Shown piece by piece: positions 1 to 11,969 of a DNA stretch of 64,000 nucleotides. The notes beneath the pieces were generated by a model. The model did no database searches, was not told the DNA's origin, and was given only the letters and a program-made list of their open reading frames with translations. The position numbers were made by a program, and so were the translations under genes. How positions within the stretch are numbered: position 1 is the first letter of the stretch; each line of letters starts with the position of its first letter. This DNA comes from Tricharina praecox (lineage: Eukaryota), in the NCBI RefSeq assembly GCF_024521635.1, contig NW_026250406.1, positions 992,001 through 1,056,000 on the forward strand. The letters are read 5' to 3'.

Positions 1-2
1 TA

Positions 3-1397
<1,395 letters not shown>

Positions 1398-2633
1398 TCA
1401 TTGGTTGGATGACGTTGATAGCAGGAGGACGGTTTCGAAGCGGGGAGACAGGGGTTGGTTGCGATTGAAGACAAGAGCCGTGTCTTAGAAGTAGATTATG
1501 TAGACACACGGAGAGATGGAGCAAATTCTTCAGGCCAAATTTCATCCAATTCTGTTCAATTTACTCTTCATCTCCATCCTCTCTCTCTCGTCAGCTTCAG
1601 TCACTCACGGGACCCGAGAGCACGTGCTCAAGTGATCATATTCGGTAAATTCCACACCATGCGGCTCAACTTCCGCTTCAGTCTCATTTAGCGGTCTTTT
1701 AATAACAAGCCACCTCTCGACCTTCCAACCCACCGACCATCCCGCCAACCATCCTCCATCCAATTCATCTCAACCCCGCCGACCCAGCAGCAAGCAGCAA
1801 GCATCTAACCGGCTGGAAATTTTGCTGTTTTCATCACAGCTCTTTCAAGCTAAAACCACAGGAAGCAGCAAGACGATCTTCATCGACAGACGGGAACTTA
1901 CACACATCAAACTTGTCACACTCAAAACAGCGGTTGTAGTTTTGCACTTACCACACTTGACTACATCACGACCCAGCAGCTGAAGAGGCCTGATCATCAC
2001 CACCTGCTGATGCTACATTCGTGCTGATTGTGCTGTTATCGGACAACGTCACTAACCTCAAGGAGCGATTTTCCTGAACCCCAATCCCTGCCGGATTTCT
2101 TTTTACCACTAACACTTGCCCTTGCCTGCTTAAGAAGTGGCTAAGAGGCGAAGGAGAGAGTGAAGAGACCGATTCATAGAAAGAGTTGGATATATAGGTG
2201 GAAAGTGATAAGAAAGCGCGAAAAGAAAATAAGGGTTCAAGAGCAGAAGAAGTAGAAGTAAGGCGGAATACTCCATCATCGACACTCCTCCTCCTCCTCC
2301 TCCTCCATTCTCTTCAACTTCAACTTGCTCCACCCCTCATCCCTCCATCAGATTCATCGCCGGCATTCCTCTCGAGTTCTCCGTGGCGCGTGTCGATAAC
2401 TATTCTGAGAGGAAAAAATAAGAGAGAGAGAAAAATAGAAAGAGAAAGAGAAAGAGAGAAGAGAGAGATAACAGAGAGACACAGCTGGAAAGAGAGAGAA
2501 ACAGAAGTGACGTGAGAGAGGGAATACTTCACCCACGCCGCCACATCGTCACCCGCTTTCGTCTTCATCATCCTTACCCTTCCACTTCCCCTTCCACTCT
2601 CCTTCTCCTTTGCTGCGCAGCCATATCTACGCC

Positions 2634-5600
2634 ATGAGTTGCTATCCTCCGACACCAGCATTTGGAAACTTCAACTTTGCTCCACAGAAAGCTGCTGTTG
2701 TCTCTAACTCGACTGACGTTCCCTCAGCGCCTGCCTCGAGTAACACCGTTGCTACTGCTGCTGCTGATGCTAGGCGAGTTACCGGCATCTTGCCATCGAT
2801 GCAACGACAACCAATTCTCTCAAAGACTGACACCGTCACTGCGCCGCCTACTGAACGCGCCCCACCCGTCACCATGAACACTCACGACGAATCATCAGAC
2901 AGCCTCGAAGAGGGCGAGCTCTCGGAGGCTCAGAGTCTGGCCAGTCCTTCTTCCAGCATCGGCATGAACATGTCCGGCGACGAAGGTAGGTGGACCCGTC
3001 CCGACGATGGCACCACGCGTGCCATCATGCCGCCAGTGGTCCTGTCGAGCACGCACACGTACGCGATTCTCACTGTATGTTTATAGGGCTGCATCCTACC
3101 GTCGACCATCTGCCGATGGTGCCTCCTGATAAATGGTACTCCTCGCACCACTCGCGACGACCCAGCTCCCCACAACTCTCGTCCCATCCAGACAGTCGCC
3201 AAACACCCCTAATGAGTCTACCTACTGACACAAAGCAACTTTGGAACAACAGGAATACACGGCCACGACCAACAAAATCGTCGCGTTCCCAACCCCCACC
3301 GCCACAGCAGAACAGGAACGGTGGAGGGAGAATTCTATCTAAAAATGACAGATACAGCGCCGCACATGATCAACGAACGACTGGTGACAAGGGCAAAGGT
3401 CAGTGGTGCACGCGCTCTCAAGGAAGATACGGCTACGTCTCTCTCTGAGAATGCGCCCTCTCCTCCCCCTTTTTTTCTCTTTCCCCTTCATTTACTGATG
3501 ATAAGCGCTTTAGGGCTGAATCAACGAGGACGTCACCCATCTATTACACAGCACAGTCACATGAGGGGACAGGACTCGGTTGCCTCCACCTCTCCACAGA
3601 TCTCGTCCCTCCGTCAGGCCGCACAGGCTGCCATTCTGGACATGAGCCTATGTGGTGTCAAATATGATGACCTGATCCGAGAAGGCTATGATCCGGTCGT
3701 ACTCGGAAGGTTGTTTGCCTCTGCGGGTCTACCTGTTGTGATGAACAGCATTCCACCACCCTCAGCTCCACCCTCCAATGAACAAGGTTCTAGTGCTCCT
3801 CCAAAGGTCGCTGCTACAAAGCTAAACCGACCTTTGCCAACTGAAAAGGGCGTTCTGGACAAGGATGCCCAGGTGCTCCGGGAGAAGCTAGAAAAAGCAC
3901 GGCTGGACCATGAGAAGAGGGAACGGCGGGAGAAAGAACAAAAGGAGGCGGAAGCACGTGCATCCGAGTTGGTTCGGCGGCGACAGGCCGCAACGGAGGA
4001 AGAGGAACGACGGAGACGTGAAGTGGAGGTCAAGGCCAAGCAGGACATCGCCAAGAAGAAGATTGCGACCATGATGTCTGCAGCAAAACCAGCTTCCCCT
4101 GGCGTGCCCACGACAATAAAGGCGGCTTCTCCCAGCGTACCCCCCACACCTATATCGAGCACCCCGGTGAACGCAGCTGTTGCTGCGGCGAAGCCTCAGC
4201 CGAATCCACCTGCAGCTTCTCCGTCTCCACCAATGGTGATACCGGGTTTGCTGCTGGCCCCTGCGAGTGGGACTGCATCGGAGGTTGCATCAAAGGCTGC
4301 ATCGGAGGTAGCATCAAGGGCTGCATCGGAGGCTACATCAAAAGCTACATCAAAAGCTGCTACCCCCGAGTCTACTGACGTGGTAATGAGTGATGCCCCT
4401 CAGGTTGCGGTGTCAAATCCTCCGTCTATAGCCGCTGTGCCAACTGTTGGTGCCGGTTCCAATGGAGTGTCTCCGCCTCAACCACCACCAGCAGCCCGAC
4501 GCAAGCGGCCCATGGCCTCAGACCTGTACTCGGAGCCTAACCCTGTTAGACGCAAGTTTGGAGCTCAACGTACAAGTTCAATGATAATTGAGGTGTCCGA
4601 TGACGAAGATGATGCTGCTGACGCCACATACTTCACACCACATGAATCGAGGGAGGACCAAGGGTCTCCGCTCGGAACCCCGGGCATTGCTTCTAATGGA
4701 TTGAATCACGGCGTGAGACGCATCGTATCGCTTCCTGTCACTGCTGCAACTTCTCAGGCCGATGAACTTCGAAAGCGGGAAGCTGATATTCAACGGATGA
4801 AGGCGAGAATCATGGCAGCCGAGCAAAAGAGCATGGCAGCTCAGCGGAGAAAGGAGCTTTCAAAGGCGGCCAGCAATTCAGGGCATCCGACACCAATTGG
4901 AACCCCAACGGTTGGGTCTGATTCTTCTGCTCCTCCGCCGCTGACAACACAACTTGCTGGGAAACACGATTCTGTAATGCCAACCGCGCCTCCCGCCGGA
5001 CTAACCAATGACACTCCCATTGAGAATCAGCGCCCCGATGTTTCGAAGAAAACCGAGATGGATCTTGAGGCCCAGCAAATTCGTGCCCGAGCCATTGAGG
5101 AGCGTATGAGGAAACACAGGGAAGAGATTGCGGCGGCTGAGAAAAAGAAAAAGGAAGAGGTGGAGTCCGCTGCCGTGAATGCTGCTGCTGTTAAAGCTGC
5201 CGAGGCGAAGGCGGCGGAGACAAAGAAGAAGGAAGAGGAACGTGAAAAGAAGCGGCGCGAACTAGTTGCGCTTGAGAACAGGAGGCAAAACAAGCGGCTC
5301 GAGAGGGAGATGCTTGAAGAGCAGCTCAGGCGCCAAATTGCTGAGATGCGACGAGAAGAGGAAGATATGGAACAGCGACATGATTCTTTAGTTAGAGATC
5401 TTGAAGATGTCAACATTCCTCTGCAACCAGTCGCACCGAGCAATGATATGCAGAACGGTTCCGAACAAATGCGGACGGAAATTGAGGCGAAGGAAAAGAA
5501 TGAAGGTCAGTCCCCTATCAGGACACCAGATATTAGATCGCGCAAGAAGATTGCTTATTTGATAATAGGCCCGTCCGGTTCTGAAGAACTTGTCGAGAGG

Positions 5601-6769
5601 CAACTACTCGTTGAAGATGTTTCTAACAGTAGCGGAAACCCCACCCCTGCTTCAGCGACCGCATCTGCTCTTGAAGGACATTCCCAGTTCATTGGTCGAC
5701 CTGAAGAGATTGTTGCAGTGGCAAAGTCCCTCTCCCCGGTCAAGGTTGCACCGACAGCTGTGCTCAAGACTGTTGACAGCATGGATGTTGATGAGTCCCA
5801 CGAACTGGCCACTCAAGACAAGCCAGCACCCGCAGAGGACGTAGAAATGGAGTCAAGCTGTGCAGATGGTACTTCTTTCGGAGAGACCTCTGGAAGCGAT
5901 GATTCGAGTGATGACAGCTCCTCCGAAGAGGGAGATGAGGACAAGGATGAGGTTATGGTTGACAAGCCCGAGGAGACCCAGAGCAATGCTACTATTCAGA
6001 CCGCAGTCTCTGTCTCCGATGCGCTACCCATCCAGACCGCCCAACCTATTGCTCCTTCATCCCCCATGGAGACTAATGCTCCTACTACAGAGCTTGCCTC
6101 AGAGCCCGCCCGCGCCAATGAGCCATTTGTCGTTACTGTTCCCGAAGTGGCACTCAAGGTTTGAGACTATCATCCGAATTCCTGTTGGCGGTGACATCGC
6201 ATCGTGTGGCAGCTAACATATCGACAGATCAAAGCCATTCCGAATGCCTTTTTCCCATACCAGTCGCCTCTTCAGATCTTCAAATCTTTCCGTCATCACC
6301 GCAACTTCCATGACCTCAAGCCCGATGGTCTTCGCAGTTTGCAGTATTCCAACAATATCGACCCAGACAGGGCAATGTGCCAGTACGAAGTCTGCGGCGG
6401 TGTTTGCAACGACAGGGAGTGCGAATGGCAGCACTTCCGTGAAATTGGCATGAAAGGTGAGTCCTCCACATCCCTCACACTCGGCACGTGAATAGGACAA
6501 GCCGTTGGGGGCTGGCTGATTGTGGGGAAGACGAACAAATACTGGTTGAGTTGGCGGCAAACGAAGGTACTACTGAAGAGGAGAAGGAGCGGTTCAGTGC
6601 AGGACTTCGCGACACCATTCTGCAGCTTAAGCAGCAGGGCATCAAGGACTTCACCACGGTTGCCCAGGGAATCGCCACCTTCCGTAGGAAGTTCTTTGGC
6701 GATGAGACCAGGGTTATCAAGCTGAATCCTACAGCCCCGCTCCCAGCCTTCCCTCGCTCAACATTCTAA
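2634..6769 (+). CDS. Large low-complexity/coiled-coil protein with C-terminal C3H1-type zinc finger, Red1/ZFC3H1-like; 5 introns
   Basis: Exons join in frame across GT-AG introns (about 2986-3086, 3399-3513, 5506-5568, 6159-6227, 6458-6530). N-terminal SLEEGEL motif. C-terminal YQSPLQIFKSFRHH...YSNNIDPDRAMCQYEVCGGVCNDRECEWQHF matches the zf-C3H1 domain typical of S. pombe Red1. Confidence 0.75.
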
Positions 6770-8320
6770 CTCTAGGTTGCCCTTTTCCTTTTTCTTGCCA
6801 ACGACCCTACTTGCTGGCTGGTGGTCTTTTCGTGACATGATACTGCTTGCGGCGTGCCAGGGGTATGCGGGGGTGTTTCGGAGTTTTGAATGTCCTTTTT
6901 CTTCATTTTCTTTGTAATAGGTAGTGCTTTTTGTAGTTTCCTTTGTGTTCATCCTCTTGGGCAAACTCGACAATCCATCCTACTCGAGCGTATGTGTAGT
7001 AACAACTACATCGCAGAAGACACCTTAGTGTGTAGAAAGAGGAGGGAACTTGGGAGGCCTTGAGGGGGGGAACTCGAATAGGGGGATACGACGGGATGTG
7101 GTAGTACCATACTTCATAGATTCTTGGTGGATTGGGATAGGCGGGATTGTAACATTACGAACACTATTGCCAATACTACCCTTTGCTTCCTCTGGGACTT
7201 TCTTCGTGCGAACAAACCTGATTAGTACAGACTGGTTGAAAACACCACACCTCATCCTCAACTTTCATCACCATCTCCCTTACTCAAGTCATCCCACCCT
7301 CTCCGCACCTCTTCCCCCTCCACGTTAATGACGAACTCACTTGCACACCCTGTGCAACCTCACTCCTCTCCGTGCCCAGGAGAGAGAGAAATTCAGTTTA
7401 TTGTCGCATACAGCCCTTTGCAAACTAGGTACGGGTAGAGGCCTGAGATGGGGTGGGTAGAAAGAGGAACTGTCGCTCATGGGAGAGATCGTATCTTTAG
7501 ACACATACCTACGGGCATCTGTAGACACTGGACAGTCCACCGGAAAGTATGCCGAGCGGGTTTAGCGGCGAGTGATATCACGTGCCCCATAATTGATAAT
7601 TGGTCATCATGAATCAGCGGGACTATTAACGTTCCGTCGTGTTTGGCCGTCCAGAAAAACTGCCACAAAAACAAGCAATGTTCGGTACACACCTAGAGCC
7701 AAAGCTGCTTCTTTTCAGCTTGTGTATGCGGGGTATAAGGCTGAAGAATGCCCAGACGCTTAAGCTGTAGGTATGAACCTAATTAAGCGGTCGTTAGTGG
7801 CCGACTGCGGGCAGCAGTATGCTCATGTAGGTTATCACGGTTTTTCTTCTTCTGTTATGCAGAACTTTGAAGCAAAATCGAAACGATGCTGAAACAATCT
7901 ACTCCGACATCCGAGCGGGTTTACACGGTTGTCACGTGTTCCGCAACGCGCGGTCGATCCGTAGATTGGGGGCTCTCGCTCAAGTGACGCTGTCGGATCC
8001 GGCAAGACCTGATCCGTAGTGTGTACTCTACCGTACTCGTAGTGGATCAGCACGGAATAATCTATCCATTTCTATGTTTGTGATGTGATGTGAGGGCCTG
8101 TGGTGGCTTGGCGGGGGTTGCGTCAGCTCGCTCGATTAGTGTGAAGCACAGCCCACCTTCGGTCCGTATTAAGCTCCCTCCCGCCACTTCTCCTTCTCTT
8201 TCCTCGCAACCACTTCTTCTTATCCAGCTACTTCTTTTTCTTTCGACTTCAACCTACTACTTCACTACTACTACTTCTACTATTACATTCATATATCGGA
8301 AAACAAGCAAAAACAAGGTC

Positions 8321-9503
8321 ATGCGTTTCTCCCCGTTATTGCTCTTCGCCCAGGCGGCGGCTTTGAGCAGTGCCTTCCTTGTACCTCCGGAGATAAGCGA
8401 TGCGGACCTCAAAGACCTCAACCTACTGAACCCCGCGGGGGTTGGCTCGGAGCTTCCGCGGATCGTTCGCGTTTCCTGTGATGGATGCAAGTACAAGGAG
8501 GAGGATGTCAAGTCAGATCTTGTAAGTTGATACTATCCTACAGTTGATTACGCCAGGAAGGGTTGTGCTGATTGTCTGTGCGCTACAGGTCTTTGACTTC
8601 ACCCTTCCCGACCATGAGCACCACGCTATGAAACTCAACGGCATCCCGATCTTCCCCATAGAGAGCATCGACCCGGCGCTGCCTCTCACAGCAGTGCAGA
8701 TACCGCAGGAGGTGGATACCATCGTGTACGTGGTTGATCGCGAAGAGTTCCCGGTTGTGAAACTCGACAACTCGCGCCTGATCACCACGGACGAGATCAC
8801 GGAGGACGGGAGCAAGATCTACACGCTTGAGCTCAACGTTCTGGCTGTCGCCGGTGCTCCGGTTATCATGCAGGGCATCGAGATGAAGGTCAACATGTCG
8901 CCCGACGGAGCGCTTAGCTTTGGATCAATCCGTGCCATCCCTAAGGGAGAGGGCTGCGGACGGAACTTCAAGTGTCTGGCGAACAAAATGATGTCGAAGC
9001 TGCGCAACATGAAGACTCCCTTCACCAAGACCAAGGGCGGCAAGGTCAGCAACTTCGGCTGCGGCGGTAATCCTATTGAGGGTCTCGACATGCCTCACCC
9101 ACCTCCCCACGGCCGTCCCCACGATAAGCCCCACCACGGTGGACACCGTCGCCCTCACGGTCATCACGGCCACCACCGCCGTCCCCATCACCGCAGCATC
9201 ATCAACCGCATCCTGACCCAGGTCCTTCTTCCGATCCTAGTTGGCATCGTTGTGGGTCTGACCGTCTCTCTCGTCGGTCTGCTCGTCGGACACGTCTTGG
9301 TGAGCATGTACCGCAAGGTCAAGGGCGCCAAGGGTGAACGCCGCAGCCGTGGCTTCTTCTGTCGCTACCGCTCTGAGCGCGAGCATCTGGTTGAGTCGGA
9401 GGCCGATGGCGAGGTCGAGAAGGGACTGCTGAAAGAGGAGGAGGCCATCGAGTGCCCACCCGCGTATATTGAGGAGGGTATCGAGGTCGCCGAGAAGGAA
9501 TAG
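8321..9503 (+). CDS. Fungal type I membrane protein of unknown function (signal peptide, His-rich segment, one TM helix, PPxY tail); 1 intron
   Basis: ATG 8321 MRFSPLLLFAQAAALSSA (signal peptide-like); intron 8522-8588 (GTAAGT...GCTGAT...CAG); hydrophobic ILTQVLLPILVGIVVGLTVSLVGLLVGHVLV; stop TAG 9501-9503. Confidence 0.85.
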
Positions 9504-10529
9504 TTTAAAAACTCTCGTAGCATAGTCATTTTTCTTTTGGTTTCGCATTCCAATTCGTTCCGCCAAGTTTTGTTGGTGCATTTTGGGGGGGTGCGGTTGG
9601 CTGAGGTTCTTTTGTTCTTTGTGCGGCAGAGTCGGAGAGGAGATGTTATTCTGTTGTCTGGTTCGCCTGTTGCCAATGACCTCTGGTAGCCTCAGTGGTT
9701 ACGTCAGGGTTGGGTTCAAATTCATTATGGATTTTTGCTTTTATCTGAGTAAAATCGTGATATATCCATGACGCTATGCTACTTGTGGATATCCCACCTC
9801 CCCGCAATGAATGAACTGCTGTACTCGGACTTTCATGGTGCTGTGATTTCTCGAGAGGCCGTCACTGATCCGCTGAAAGCGCAAGCGGTGCGCACTCGCC
9901 ATATGTAGAATACAAGGGCAGACGATGGAGACATCGTGGATGTACATATCCCCCGCAAGAAGGAGAACATCACGTACCGCTCATTAGGCAGTGAGCAGCC
10001 AGCGCCTCGACAGCAGGTGGTAACTGGTAGTATCTCGTTCACATCAGTTTGTTCAGTACTGCGAGGGTATGTGTAGCTGCCAGAGTGATGGGATCACCTT
10101 CGACCTGAGCCAACCTGGAATATCTATACTCCTCATAGGCAGCTTACTCGAGAGTCGAGAGTCGAGCCCCGCTGTCATTCCCGCTGTGTGTCCATGTGGA
10201 TGGCGTGACGACGGTGCGTGCTGAATAAATTCCAAGTGACTACATCTTAGGTAGAGGGAAAATGGCGGAGTGATATCCCATGTACTAGTAACTATGACTA
10301 TAAAGTTCCAAGTTCCGCTCGTCGCCTCCCATCACATCACCAGCCCATCCCCAACGAATCATCGACCCACAATAGCCCAGAAGTCCGATCCCAGGGCCAA
10401 CAGCCTAGATATACAACTCGCAGTGGTGATAGGTATTGTCATTGACATGCTTCCTGCTCCCTGCTTCCTGTGCACACCAGCCTATAATTTGGAAAACAGA
10501 CACCGTGTGAGCGTTCCGACCGAGGCCAA

Positions 10530-10757
10530 GGGCCATTCACACTCACGGGCTATTCAGACTCAAGGACCATTCAGACTCAACGGCTATTCAGACTCACGGG
10601 CTATTCAGACTCACGGGTTATTCAGACTGACAGGACATTCAGACTCACGGGCTATTCAGACTCAAGCGCTATTCACACTCAACGGCCAAGGGCTGTTCGG
10701 ACTCACGGGCTATTCAGACTCAACGGCCATTCAGACTCAAGAGAGATTTAGACTTAA
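10530..10757. repeat. 17-bp minisatellite, consensus GGGCTATTCAGACTCAM, 13 units plus one 7-bp partial unit
   Basis: Units read directly at 10530, 10547, 10564, 10581, 10598, 10615, 10632, 10649, 10666, partial at 10683, then 10690, 10707, 10724 and a degenerate unit at 10741. Confidence 0.95.
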
Positions 10758-11449
10758 CTAACTACTACCTAGACTTCCAGAATGGAACATTGAGGGGGTT
10801 TCTTGTCTCGACTCTCATGGGGGGGTGTGTGTCATTATTGATGGCTGTAGAAGCTGTAGAGGCGATAGATCTGTTCCTAGAGACCTACATACCTGCTCCT
10901 GCTTGGGATATGATTGCACCAGCGGTCACAAACCTCCAACAACCTACATAAGGACAGCCTCTGTAAGCCTGGAGTCCAAGCCGGTTCCAAGCCGGTTCCG
11001 CGATGGGATAACGATGTTACGATAACTATGACCTAACGCTGGACAAGTACCTACATCTTAGGTAGGAAAGAGTTATAAATGCGTCCTTCTATCGCACGCA
11101 CTTAACATAAGTGTCCAGTAGAGTATCAACAACCGGGCAAATTATCGCTACATGTATGATATACCAGGTACCTATCAGATGTACCTCAGATGTGTCAAGC
11201 GGTACAGTTAATCACACACACCACACATCACCACACATCACCACTCCCGCCGCCCTCTCCTGCTCCCGCCCTCTCCTGCTTCCCCCCATCTCTAGTCCTC
11301 ATTCTCATCCACAATCAACATCAATAGCAGCCAGTCAAAATCCGCAGAAGCAGGTGTTGGTATTATATCCTCTCTCCTCTCTCTCCTATCTCGCCTCTCC
11401 ATTCTCAATTCTCCATTCCCTCCCCTCCATCCCCCTCTCCTTCGTCCCT

Positions 11450-11545
11450 TCTTCTTCTTCCTCTTCCTCTTCCTCTCCCTCTCCCTCTCCCTCTCCCTCT
11501 CCCTCCCACTCTCCCTCATCCCCTTCCTCATCCTCATCCCCCAAC
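11450..11545. repeat. Pyrimidine-rich simple repeats (CTT, CTCTTC, CTCTCC)
   Basis: Visible low-complexity run; it gives rise to the spurious S/P-rich and E/G-rich ORFs in the track. Confidence 0.85.
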
Positions 11546-11969
11546 AAAAAAAAAGCAAAAACTAAAGATGGGGTACTTAGTAACTTGAAGTAAAAAAAGC
11601 CAAAGGGTAAAGCGTGAAGGGTAAAGGGTAAAGTAAAGTAAAAGGGAATTGGGGAATTTAGCAAGCAAGAAGGGGCATCAAAACGTCAGAAAAGAAAGCA
11701 AGAAAGAGAAAAGAAAAAGAAAAACAAAACGCCAGACAACAGCAACAACACGATCCGCTAAAAACCACTCTCTCTCACCCCCCGACCATCCGTACACACA
11801 TACAGAGGCAGATAGCTAGCTAACTAACGTACACGGAAACAAACAGAACAGTCTACAGACCCTCTCCATTGCACTGCATAAGTAACAGATGGCCCCGACA
11901 TGACGATGATAAGAGGGAAAGAAAAAGAGAGGAAATAAATACATCCTATCCGTTCTTGTCCTATCCGAC

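Noticed and set aside
10288..10299. GTAACTATGACT and nearby CTTAGGTAG resemble the LSU rDNA I-PpoI/R2 target region
   Set aside because: Only short, non-contiguous matches with no flanking rDNA similarity; likely coincidence.
10270..10761. 163-aa ORF with 17-aa periodicity crossing the minisatellite
   Set aside because: The 17-bp consensus has no plus-strand stop codon, so an open frame is expected; no other coding evidence.
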